DNA of 64,000 nt. Source: Spirochaetaceae bacterium (GTDB taxonomy: Bacteria > Spirochaetota > Spirochaetia > DSM-2461). Of the stretch, positions 20,813 to 30,087 are shown one piece after another. The stretch is from assembly GCA_051531975.1 (NCBI GenBank), contig JAOPTT010000005.1, positions 1 to 64,000 of the forward strand. Direction: 5' to 3'. Made by a program: the position numbers and the translations under genes. Positions within the stretch are counted from its first letter, which is position 1. The number at the start of each line of letters is the position of its first letter. The notes beneath the pieces are model-generated. The model saw nothing but the letters and a program-made list of their open reading frames with translations, was not told the DNA's origin and did not search any database.

Positions 20813-22525
20813 ATGAAGATACGTTCCCGATTTCTCTTATATCTACTCTCATTTTATATAATTGTCTTGGTAATCGGTATATCATCTCAATTATATTCTT
20901 TCCGAATTTTTAGTGATTATCTCTATGAATCTGTCTCGGAGATATTTCATTCCAAAGTCGATACTTTTACCAATTCGATTCATAATTTGGAACAACTCTC
21001 TGTAACGATTATGGTTGATGAAATAACCCAGGATTTTTTTAAATCTGATAGAAGTAATAAAAATGATTTCCAATTGTCTAGAATGCAGTCTGAGTTTGTA
21101 CAAAAGTTAAGATTCTATACAATTACAAATCCTTATTTAAAAGAGTTGATAATTGTCGATACTCGTAATAATTATTATAACGCTAATAAAGGTTCATATA
21201 ATAAAGCATTTTCTTCAGAGTTGGTTAGGGAAAATATTCGTCTGAAAACACTGGATAAGGGTGGTGGACTACTCTGGTCTATTACAAAATTATCTCTGTC
21301 TCCACTTTTACTCTCCCGTCAGATAAATGCTGTCGGTGATTTTGAGCACCCTCCCATCGGTATTATTTACAGCTTTATTGATATAGAAAAACTTATACAT
21401 GAGAATCTCTCCCAAATAAAATATTATGGGCTAAAGAGTTCAATTTACTACAAAGGAGAACTTCTCTATTCATCCCTTGAAAATGATTCGTCAAACGAAA
21501 TCAAATTAAAAATGGGAGTCCGGCTATATCAGAATATTCGTATTGAGGGAAAATCATATTTCGTAACAAATATAAAGACTGAAGACAGGGACTGGGAGTT
21601 TCTATTTCTTGTACCAACAGAACAACTTATAGAGGAATATCATAGGATGAACCGTTTAAGCTATCTAATTTATTTTGCTCTGTTTATTCTATTTACATTC
21701 CTGATGATTCGATCTTCCAAATACATTACCTCTCCAATAATATCTCTGTCTAGAGAGATGAAAGCGATGGATGAAAATGATTTCGTTTTAACGGAACCAA
21801 TAAAACTACCTGCTAAGACTTCAGAAGAAGTATCTCAACTACATCATGAATTTTATCAGATGATCTATAAAATTGATACTCTGGTTAATAAAAATCTTAA
21901 ACAGCAGTTATCTCTAAATCAGTCCCAATTAGAGGTACTTTCAAATCAGTTAAATCCTCATTTTTTATATAACACACTTGATTCCCTATATTGGATGGCC
22001 GAGATCAATAAGCAACCGGAAATGGCTGGGATGGTCAAATCCCTTAGTTCTCTTTTACGTCATTCCCTAAATAAGGCTGAACCTCTTATCACTATAAAAG
22101 AACAGTTGGATATACTAAACAATTACTTTTACATTCAAAAAATTCGATTTAAAGATAGACTTGAATATACTATAGATGTGGATTTTCAGCTCTATACTAA
22201 GCAGATTCCCCGTTTTACACTTCAACCACTAGTTGAAAATTCTATTAAATACTCCCTTGAGGAGATGAATAGTACATGCTTAATAGAAGTTTCTATCAAA
22301 AAAAGCGAAACAGCTAAAGGAATGGATATACTCATCCGTGACAATGGCCCTGGTTTTGTTGAAAAACTAGAGACACCTGGAAATACAGGGATTGGACTAG
22401 CAAATTTGAAACAGAGGATTTCATTGATTTATGGTACTCACGGGAATCTAAAGACAGATATTAATAATACAGGAGGGACTGATATTTTGATTTATATACC
22501 TTTGAACCAGGGGTTTCAGAAATGA
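20813..22525 (+). CDS. YesM/LytS-type sensor histidine kinase
   Basis: Two TM helices, HAMP, QLNPHFLYNTL, LQPLVENS, DNGPG and GIGL motifs. Confidence 0.95.
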   Translation: MKIRSRFLLYLLSFYIIVLVIGISSQLYSFRIFSDYLYESVSEIFHSKVDTFTNSIHNLEQLSVTIMVDEITQDFFKSDRSNKNDFQLSRMQSEFVQKLRFYTITNPYLKELIIVDTRNNYYNANKGSYNKAFSSELVRENIRLKTLDKGGGLLWSITKLSLSPLLLSRQINAVGDFEHPPIGIIYSFIDIEKLIHENLSQIKYYGLKSSIYYKGELLYSSLENDSSNEIKLKMGVRLYQNIRIEGKSYFVTNIKTEDRDWEFLFLVPTEQLIEEYHRMNRLSYLIYFALFILFTFLMIRSSKYITSPIISLSREMKAMDENDFVLTEPIKLPAKTSEEVSQLHHEFYQMIYKIDTLVNKNLKQQLSLNQSQLEVLSNQLNPHFLYNTLDSLYWMAEINKQPEMAGMVKSLSSLLRHSLNKAEPLITIKEQLDILNNYFYIQKIRFKDRLEYTIDVDFQLYTKQIPRFTLQPLVENSIKYSLEEMNSTCLIEVSIKKSETAKGMDILIRDNGPGFVEKLETPGNTGIGLANLKQRISLIYGTHGNLKTDINNTGGTDILIYIPLNQGFQK

Positions 22526-23577
22526 TACAGATACTACTTGTTGATGATGAAGAATTCAGTCTTCAGGGCATGAAAAAATTAATCCCCTGGGAACAATGGA
22601 AATGTGAAATAGCAGCTGTGGCAGACAGTGGGAAGAAAGCCCTTGAAATTATTAACTCTACTCATATTGATATTGTCTTTACAGATATAAAAATGCCGAA
22701 GATGGATGGATTGCAGCTGATAAAAGAGATAAGAAATAATAACAATAAGATCAAGTTTGTTATAATTTCCGGGTATAGTGAATTCGATTATGCACAGAAA
22801 GCAATAAAATACGGAGTTAAAAAATATCTTCTTAAACCTGTGGGCATTGCGGAAATCGAAGAAACGTTATTGAGCCTCACAGAAAATATTATATCTAATG
22901 GATTAAAACCTAAGAATATAAAAATTGATATTGAACCGATTGTAAAAGAAATTTTAATTTCGGTTACACAAAAAAACTGGAATAAAATCAGTGAAATACT
23001 TCTAAGTTTTTTTAAAGAAATAAGCGCTCAGGGAGGTTCCTTGGACCAAAGTCGGAAGCTCGCTATCAAGATCCTCTCGTCTCTTGTAAAAAATGAAGTA
23101 ATCTTTTCAAATGATTCTACATTTCTCCTTGCTGGAGAAATTGGTTCAGCAAAATCTCAAAGTGGGATTTATAACATATTGAAAGATCAAGTTATGATTA
23201 CGCAGAATCAGAATACCAGTTCCATCAGCAAAAAAACGAATCCCAATATTCAAAAAATACTAATATATCTTCTCACTCATTACAAAGATAAAAATCTCAC
23301 ACTTAAATGGTTATCTGAAAATGTAACCTATGTAAAATCAGATTATCTGGGAAAACTATTTTTCAGTGAAACCGGGAAAAAATTTGCAACATATCTCAAC
23401 GAATACAGAGTAACAAGAGCTTGTGAATATTTAAGAGATGATTCTCATATAGCAATCCATGAATTGGCAGAAATGGTAGGTTATGATGAAAATGTTAGTT
23501 ATTTTATCCGCCAATTTAAAACACACACAGGTATGACGCCTATGGAATTTCTATCTAGTACAATAGTCACTAATTGA
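22522..23577 (+). CDS. YesN-type response regulator (REC + AraC HTH)
   Basis: LVDDE, TDIKMP and YLLKP motifs; C-terminal AraC HTH. Confidence 0.95.
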   Translation: MIQILLVDDEEFSLQGMKKLIPWEQWKCEIAAVADSGKKALEIINSTHIDIVFTDIKMPKMDGLQLIKEIRNNNNKIKFVIISGYSEFDYAQKAIKYGVKKYLLKPVGIAEIEETLLSLTENIISNGLKPKNIKIDIEPIVKEILISVTQKNWNKISEILLSFFKEISAQGGSLDQSRKLAIKILSSLVKNEVIFSNDSTFLLAGEIGSAKSQSGIYNILKDQVMITQNQNTSSISKKTNPNIQKILIYLLTHYKDKNLTLKWLSENVTYVKSDYLGKLFFSETGKKFATYLNEYRVTRACEYLRDDSHIAIHELAEMVGYDENVSYFIRQFKTHTGMTPMEFLSSTIVTN

Positions 23578-23580
23578 TAA

Positions 23581-24633
23581 CTACACCGGGTTATTAAGAG
23601 ATGCTTCTGCCATTAATTCCACGACTTTAATAACATTGGCGATATCTTCAGGTTTTGTCCCATTTACGAAATTCTTACGCTCTTTCACTGCCTCATAAAA
23701 CTTATCCCACTGATAAGATGCACTACTCTCCGAATCCTGAATATGACGCTCCTCCACAGGTTCGCTGAAGCCCTTCGCTGCAGTATACACTCTAATATTC
23801 AAACCATCAGAAAGATCTGAATGTGTTGTAAAATCTTTGCCTGCACGCCATTTGGGTTCCCGAACTATCGTACCATGCTCAAAATGCAGTTGTATCATAT
23901 TCCCCCCTCGATAAGGCTGCATACACCATCCTCCAAGCATAGTAAACATGGCTCCTGAATCAAATTTCACCATCATCTGGGCTAAATCTGCAGTTGGTCT
24001 TGCAGTTAACATGCGCGACTGCATAACATCGACTTTAACTGGATTACCAAAAAGCGGCACAAGATCGTTTAAACCGTAGATGCCTAAACGCAATATAGGT
24101 GGTGCCGGACAAAGTGCGGGATCATCGTACCAGCTGCCATCAGCTTTTTCGATTTTTTTATACCAGCCTTCCCAACGTCCGGCGCAGAGTTTTCCAAGAT
24201 TATATTTCTTTATAAAATCGTGAATAATTTGAATATCTAAGCTCGGTGCAATATTGGGGGAATTCAGATGAACCATACGTCCAAGTCTTTCGGCTTTTTT
24301 TAGAACCCGTAGAGCCTCTTGTGAATTCATTTCGAAAGGCTTTGTGGTCATTACATCTTTCCCTGCTTCGATAATTTTATCTATTTGTTTAGCTCTACCC
24401 ACAGGACCTGTAAAAAGTCCAATAACTTTGATATCAGCAGCTTGTAGTGCATCTTCTAAACTATAATAGGCTTTTAAACCATATTTCTGTGCAAAATCAT
24501 CTACTCTCTGTCGATCCATATCACAAACTGCAACCAGTTTAAAATAAGGTGATCCCGGACCACTTAAGAGATGTTCTTCAGCTATATGCTGACCAAATCC
24601 CAAACCTACAAGACATATTTTTATTTTTTCCAT
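23581..24633 (-). CDS. Gfo/Idh/MocA family oxidoreductase
   Basis: GLGFG Rossmann motif; TTKP variant of the EKP motif. Confidence 0.88.
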   Translation of the reverse strand: MEKIKICLVGLGFGQHIAEEHLLSGPGSPYFKLVAVCDMDRQRVDDFAQKYGLKAYYSLEDALQAADIKVIGLFTGPVGRAKQIDKIIEAGKDVMTTKPFEMNSQEALRVLKKAERLGRMVHLNSPNIAPSLDIQIIHDFIKKYNLGKLCAGRWEGWYKKIEKADGSWYDDPALCPAPPILRLGIYGLNDLVPLFGNPVKVDVMQSRMLTARPTADLAQMMVKFDSGAMFTMLGGWCMQPYRGGNMIQLHFEHGTIVREPKWRAGKDFTTHSDLSDGLNIRVYTAAKGFSEPVEERHIQDSESSASYQWDKFYEAVKERKNFVNGTKPEDIANVIKVVELMAEASLNNPV

Positions 24634-24675
24634 TACTCATAACTCCTTATTCTAATTAAAACCTATATAAAATGT

Positions 24676-25665
24676 TTAATTGTATACATTATCCGCCTCT
24701 TCCTGTGCTCTGATACAGAGTTCTGTCAGTTCATATACATCTTCTAGTGACTGCCTGTAAGGGCATTTATCATCATCAATATATTTTAGAAATTCAGCAA
24801 ACATCTCTTTTTTCTCTTCCAGTGGAAGTATTTCCTTATTATTATCTGCAGTTATAATTACCGCTTTGTCCTCCATAACCTCAATTACACCTTTATCCCC
24901 AGCTATGCGCAGACGGTCGTCACCATGGTTTTTTGCTCCTGACGGGCGCAGATAATCGATATTAGCAGCCGCCTGGCCACCGTTGTTTAGACGCATGAGT
25001 ACAATACTGCTCGATTCCATATCACCGTTACCATAATTCCCATTACGATTTTCCATCGCCTGTATCTCCTTCACACCGTTGTCAGTTACCCAGTTGATCC
25101 AGTCTAGAGCGTGGGCACCAACCCAGCTGATAATTCCACCAAATTGTTTCCGGTTGTGCTGCCATTCTGGTTTTAGTCCTGATTTATAGGACTTCTGAGC
25201 GGTAATCTGAATTGGTGTGCCGATTAAACCATCTTTAACAGCGCGAAATGCAGCATAAAATGCCGGATGATAACGTGATCCAAGCATAGTGGAGAGTTTC
25301 AGATTCTTTTCTTTCACCAGTTTTTTTATCGTTTCCAATTCATCCCGGTAAAATGTAAGAGGTTTTTCTGTGAAACAGTGAATCCTCCGTTTGAGGCACT
25401 GGATGGTTACGGGCCCGTTCAAATAATAATAGGGATTGATAATTGCAACGTCAGGTTTTATTTCATCAAGCATTGTTTCATAATCTTCATATAAAGGAAT
25501 ATTCAAAGAGAGGTGTTCTTTTAAAGTTTCATTAACTTTTTCCATTTCCATAGAGACAGCTGGTGCGAAAGCTACGATTTGTGCTTCTGGATATACTTTT
25601 AATCCCTCTATTGCATTCAGCCAGTGTCCGCTGGCTCCAATAATTACTATTTTTTTCATATACAC
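24676..25665 (-). CDS. Gfo/Idh/MocA family oxidoreductase
   Basis: IIGASGH, TEKP and GAHALD motifs. Confidence 0.9.
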   Translation of the reverse strand: MYMKKIVIIGASGHWLNAIEGLKVYPEAQIVAFAPAVSMEMEKVNETLKEHLSLNIPLYEDYETMLDEIKPDVAIINPYYYLNGPVTIQCLKRRIHCFTEKPLTFYRDELETIKKLVKEKNLKLSTMLGSRYHPAFYAAFRAVKDGLIGTPIQITAQKSYKSGLKPEWQHNRKQFGGIISWVGAHALDWINWVTDNGVKEIQAMENRNGNYGNGDMESSSIVLMRLNNGGQAAANIDYLRPSGAKNHGDDRLRIAGDKGVIEVMEDKAVIITADNNKEILPLEEKKEMFAEFLKYIDDDKCPYRQSLEDVYELTELCIRAQEEADNVYN

Positions 25666-25693
25666 TTAATTATCCCCTGCATTGTCAAAATAT

Positions 25694-26335
25694 TTATAAT
25701 GTAAATAACGTCTCTATTTCCTTAAAAAATATAGTACCGTCTTCCCATGATAAAAAATGCTGATCCATATGGGCATCTGCCCAGTTATCCGGTGTTCCAG
25801 TAGTCTGCAGTTTCTTTTCTGCCAAAGGCTCTTCCATCACTTTAGGGAATTCAAAATATCCAAATAACAGATTCTCATGCATTGAAATAATTTCGTATTT
25901 ATCACCGGGGAAAGCCCTCTCTTCCTGAACCTGATAGTGGTAATAGATGTAACTGCTTACCATTTGTGGTTTTAAATGAGCTACTTTTCCTACTTTCCTC
26001 TCCACCGATGTTTTTCGCTGCCAATGCTCTTTGCTTACAGGTTCATTAAAATGAAAGACATCGATCATTGGGATCCAATACCTTTTGTCCTCTTTTCCCG
26101 GCCAATCAATCAGGTTTTCTTCCAACCCTGTAAATAATTTCTCCGGCTGCAGATCATGTGAAACAGATTCATAATACAGGAAAAGATTGTATTCCCAATT
26201 GTATAGAGAAATGGTCATCAGCTGCTCATTTTCTATCTGCTTCTTGAGATAATTTATACTCTGTTCTATCGCTTTTAGTCCGGCATCCACTTTATCTTTA
26301 TGCAATTGGGCTCTGTAGACCTTTCTGATTATCAT
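25694..26335 (-). CDS. Hypothetical protein, probably two tandem rhamnose-mutarotase-like domains
   Basis: HLKPQMVSSYIYYH (YxxxH) and LLFGYFE resemble RhaM; the N-terminal half ends PMIDVFHF. Confidence 0.6.
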   Translation of the reverse strand: MIIRKVYRAQLHKDKVDAGLKAIEQSINYLKKQIENEQLMTISLYNWEYNLFLYYESVSHDLQPEKLFTGLEENLIDWPGKEDKRYWIPMIDVFHFNEPVSKEHWQRKTSVERKVGKVAHLKPQMVSSYIYYHYQVQEERAFPGDKYEIISMHENLLFGYFEFPKVMEEPLAEKKLQTTGTPDNWADAHMDQHFLSWEDGTIFFKEIETLFTL

Positions 26336-28068
26336 ATTTTTTCCACGTATACATAATAAGCGCCCTGTTCCTGGCCATCAGTGGTTTTAAACCATGCTTC
26401 TAGAGTCGTTTCTCCAGCTTCTGGGACTTCAACCTCAAATACCGCTTCTTTGTCAGATACTTTTATCTGCTTAGACAGCTCAATATCAAACAGTTTCACT
26501 CTTGCCTCATCGGTTGCCATGGATGTACATAAACTGACAGAACCTCCATAGGGTGCTATTTTTTTTGCCTCTTTATCAGAGATGCAGTTATTGATAGGTA
26601 ATCCCAGCTCAACAGGCCAACGCCTTAGAGAGATGTTGTAGTTTCCGGCTTTTTCCACTTCGACAGCCCATTTCCCGCTGCTCCTATTGGCTTTTACTAT
26701 ATCTATTTGGTGTACTGCTGCATCACCCATAACATCGAAAGCATCTAGTTTAACGGGATTCTCAAAATCATTACCAAGAGGAATCCTGGCATACTCTTCG
26801 AGACCGGGAGAAACACTGTTCCACCATTGTCCATGATGATCTCTCAGTTTCTGCACAACCTCCAGGTGTAAGGAAGCTATATTATTCCGTTGTTCGGGAT
26901 CATTTTTGATATCATAAAGTTCATCTCCGTTAACAAGTCTCCATTTAGAGGTCATAACAGTGTTGCTCCACTTTTCCGGAGATTTGTTAAAGTGGGTCCC
27001 TATATGCAGGATTTCCACTCTGTCGTCAGGAAATTCTGTGATTTCGTTGTTTAATAAAGCCTTCAAGCTGCGCCCGTCAAACCCTTTTGTATGGTTAACA
27101 TCTAATTCGCAAAAGTCTACAAGAGTGGGGAGCAGATCGATGTGACAGGTCAACTCATCTATATCTTTACCTCCGGAGATTTGTCCCTTGGGCCAGCGTA
27201 TAAAAAAGGGTACCCGGTGTCCGCCGTCATAATTATTACCTTTTCGACCCCTCATCCCAGCGTTAAAGCCTTTCTTTACAAATTTATTTTCATCAAGGAG
27301 TATTCCACCAGAACTACCGTTGTCAGTCATAAAAATAACTATGGTATTGTCTTCAATTCCCTGAGACTTCAGCTCACAACATAGTCTGCCAAAGTTTTCA
27401 TCGATGTTGGTTATCATCCCGCAGAAAGGGGGATAGGGGATATTATCATTGTCTAGATACGGTTCTTCATATTTTTTATCCACAAGATAGGGCACATGGG
27501 GCGCATTTGTGGTTATAACAGCCAGAAAAGGTTTATCTTTTGATTCCTCTTTTGTATTAGTAATAAACTTAAGAGCTTCATCAAACCACACATCGGTACA
27601 GTATCCTTCATATTCCACAGGTTTCCCATCTTTAAAATAAGTATCGTCAAAATAATTGTTACCCCAGAAGTCAGGAGTCTGGCCTACGCCTCCACCTTTG
27701 TGAGCGACTACATGCTGAAATCCTCTGTCCTGAGGTCTGTATGGATAGTTATCTCCCAGATGCCATTTCCCGAATAGACCGGTTCTGTAGCCGTTGTCTG
27801 AAAAGATATCGGCCATGGTTACTTCATCTTTATGCAGTAATGAGCGTCCGCTGAAAACTCCCCAGGCTCCATTTACCAAAGGCCGGCGGCCAGTCAAAAG
27901 AGCACCCCGTGTGGGAGTACATAAGGGAGAGACATGAAAATCTGTAAAACGTACGGAGTTTGAATAAAACTCATCCAGATTCGGGGTTATCATCCAGGGA
28001 CTGCCGTGACATCCCAGATCTCCATAACCCTGATCATCGGTTAATACTAAAATTACATTTGGTTTCAT
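26332..28068 (-). CDS. Arylsulfatase (S1 family, Cys-type)
   Basis: TDDQG, CTPTR and GKWHLG motifs; no signal peptide. Confidence 0.95.
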   Translation of the reverse strand: MKPNVILVLTDDQGYGDLGCHGSPWMITPNLDEFYSNSVRFTDFHVSPLCTPTRGALLTGRRPLVNGAWGVFSGRSLLHKDEVTMADIFSDNGYRTGLFGKWHLGDNYPYRPQDRGFQHVVAHKGGGVGQTPDFWGNNYFDDTYFKDGKPVEYEGYCTDVWFDEALKFITNTKEESKDKPFLAVITTNAPHVPYLVDKKYEEPYLDNDNIPYPPFCGMITNIDENFGRLCCELKSQGIEDNTIVIFMTDNGSSGGILLDENKFVKKGFNAGMRGRKGNNYDGGHRVPFFIRWPKGQISGGKDIDELTCHIDLLPTLVDFCELDVNHTKGFDGRSLKALLNNEITEFPDDRVEILHIGTHFNKSPEKWSNTVMTSKWRLVNGDELYDIKNDPEQRNNIASLHLEVVQKLRDHHGQWWNSVSPGLEEYARIPLGNDFENPVKLDAFDVMGDAAVHQIDIVKANRSSGKWAVEVEKAGNYNISLRRWPVELGLPINNCISDKEAKKIAPYGGSVSLCTSMATDEARVKLFDIELSKQIKVSDKEAVFEVEVPEAGETTLEAWFKTTDGQEQGAYYVYVEKI

Positions 28069-28102
28069 TTAAGGTTTCTCCCATGGACTTGTAGATATAT
28101 TT

Positions 28103-28156
28103 ATTATAAAGAAACATCTATAATCTGTCATGCATCAGATAAGTAATGTTCATATC
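28103..28156 (-). promoter_or_regulatory. Promoter with shared operator motif (copy A)
   Basis: Minus strand ATGACA (28131-28126), 17 nt, TATAAT (28108-28103); 22-nt exact match to 37643-37664. Confidence 0.85.
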
Positions 28157-28171
28157 TCTAATTAGTAGAAG

Positions 28172-28921
28172 TTAAACAATGCCCTTCCGCCATCCTCCAG
28201 GTGAGCGGCCAGTGATCTCTTTCACTTTTCTAGAAAAATGATATGGACTAGAAAAAGAGAGCTCATGGGATATCTCCTGAAAGCTGCCGTTGGTGTGAAC
28301 AATCAGGTCTCTGGCTATTTCTGTTTTGTACTGCCAGAATAGGGACATCGGCGAACTCCGGCTCGCTTTTTTAAAGAGCCGGCATAAATGTTCTTTAGAT
28401 ATACAGGCATGGCCGGCAATATCGTCCAGATTCAGCTGATGCTGTGCATTTTGTTTCAAAAAGATGATAGTTTTTTCAATGAGACGGTTCTGTTCATGGT
28501 TTCCTATATCAATTTGTGATAAATCGTAAAGAAATTGTTTCAGTGTTGCACGTGCGATATCTGCAAGGACATCCTTTTCATTTTCTTCTGGGTTTTTATA
28601 TTCGAGGTGTATCTTTATAAGACAATTTAACTTATGGCTTAAAGGTAGTACCCGCTGGGGATTCTTTTGATTGAATCCACTAGAAAGCCCTATGAATTCA
28701 ATCCAGGAATGGCAGGTTCCTTCCTCCCCATAAAAGTAAAAGTCATATTTGTTACCTGGAGTGAGAAAAAACACGCTTTTCTCTGGAATAGATTCAGCCT
28801 GACCGTTTGTTTTAAGCAATAAGCTACCCGAATGGATAGCCACGAGCTGAAAAACTTCCTGCATGTTCCGGTGAAACTCTCCTCCAGGTTTGTATGTAAT
28901 AATACCACAATTTGTCTTCAT
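28172..28921 (-). CDS. AraC family regulator (cupin + HTH)
   Basis: HLCRLFKK and FSSPYHFSR HTH; likely ATG at 28921. Confidence 0.88.
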   Translation of the reverse strand: MKTNCGIITYKPGGEFHRNMQEVFQLVAIHSGSLLLKTNGQAESIPEKSVFFLTPGNKYDFYFYGEEGTCHSWIEFIGLSSGFNQKNPQRVLPLSHKLNCLIKIHLEYKNPEENEKDVLADIARATLKQFLYDLSQIDIGNHEQNRLIEKTIIFLKQNAQHQLNLDDIAGHACISKEHLCRLFKKASRSSPMSLFWQYKTEIARDLIVHTNGSFQEISHELSFSSPYHFSRKVKEITGRSPGGWRKGIV

Positions 28922-28934
28922 ATATTTATTGTAG

Positions 28935-28966
28935 ATCAATTTCAGATAAAAGGAAATCAAGTTTAG
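28935..28966 (+). promoter_or_regulatory. Putative tandem AraC half-sites upstream of the UroD-like gene
   Basis: atcaatttcag / atcaagtttag direct repeat with 21-bp period. Confidence 0.5.
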
Positions 28967-29023
28967 CCATTTCTTTACCCACTATTTCAGGGGATAATAC
29001 TTCTATAACAAAAGGAGTAAATT

Positions 29024-30046
29024 ATGAAATATACATCATTAAAACGACAGGAAATCATCAATGTAATAGAAGGGAAAGGAGCTGCCGGGAGAATCCCCCA
29101 ACTGATAAATCTCTGGGTACACCCGGAAAACTTCGGTGACCATCAGCCCCAAATCGACCAGTTGCTTGAAGAATATCCCTGTGATGTTCAGCGAATACGG
29201 ATTAAAGTTCCTGATGTATATGAGGCCCCGGTTGATGATAACTCATTTCGCTGGTACAACAAAGATAATCCCAATACCGGATCTGTTCGGGCCTTGGATA
29301 ATACAGTCGTAATAGAAGACTGGAGTGAACTGGATGCTGTTCTTGCTGACTTCCCCAGCCCCGACTATAGCGGTCTGTTTCCTGAAAATCCCAAAACAGA
29401 TGGCCGCTATCGGTTGGCACAGTGGTTTTACTGTCTCTTCGAGCGCCACTGGTCGCTACGGGGGATGACCAATGCCCTGATGGACTTTTACACCGATCCC
29501 GAATCGGTTCACAAGCTGTATGGAGCGCTGACCGATTATTATATAGCCGTAATACGCAGAGCACGGAAGGAACTGAAAATTGATGGAATATTTACATCAG
29601 ATGACCTGGGCATGCAGACCGGACCATTTTTTTCAAATGAGATTTTTGAAACGTTTTTTTATCCCTATTATAAAAAGATAACCGATGCCTGCCATGAAGC
29701 CGGAATACACTTTTGGCTCCATACTTGTGGAAATGTATATAATTTCCTTCCTCTCTATGCAAAAATAGGTATAGATGTTCTTCATCCTATACAGAAATAT
29801 ACCATGGAGGAAAAACAGGTTGCAAAAGAGTTTGGAGACAAATTCTGTTTTCTAGCCGGCTTTGATGTGCAGCAGATAATCCCCTGGGGAACACCTGAGG
29901 AAGTCCGGGAAGAAGTTAGATTTATGATTGATACCTATGGAAGGGAAGACGGCCGTCTTATGATTACCGCCGGAAACGGGATTAATGAGGACTGCACCGT
30001 TGCCAGCCTTGAGGCTCTGTTAGACGAGACGGCAATATATTATTAA
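29024..30046 (+). CDS. Uroporphyrinogen decarboxylase/MtaA-fold protein
   Basis: LRGMTNALMDFY, SDDLG, HTCG and WGTPEEVREEV motifs. Confidence 0.9.
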   Translation: MKYTSLKRQEIINVIEGKGAAGRIPQLINLWVHPENFGDHQPQIDQLLEEYPCDVQRIRIKVPDVYEAPVDDNSFRWYNKDNPNTGSVRALDNTVVIEDWSELDAVLADFPSPDYSGLFPENPKTDGRYRLAQWFYCLFERHWSLRGMTNALMDFYTDPESVHKLYGALTDYYIAVIRRARKELKIDGIFTSDDLGMQTGPFFSNEIFETFFYPYYKKITDACHEAGIHFWLHTCGNVYNFLPLYAKIGIDVLHPIQKYTMEEKQVAKEFGDKFCFLAGFDVQQIIPWGTPEEVREEVRFMIDTYGREDGRLMITAGNGINEDCTVASLEALLDETAIYY

Positions 30047-30055
30047 AATTGGGAG

Positions 30056-30074
30056 TGATCCCAATAGGGGATCA
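30056..30074. terminator. Hairpin between convergent genes
   Basis: tgatccc-aatag-gggatca. Confidence 0.5.
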
Positions 30075-30087
30075 TTTATATCTATTG

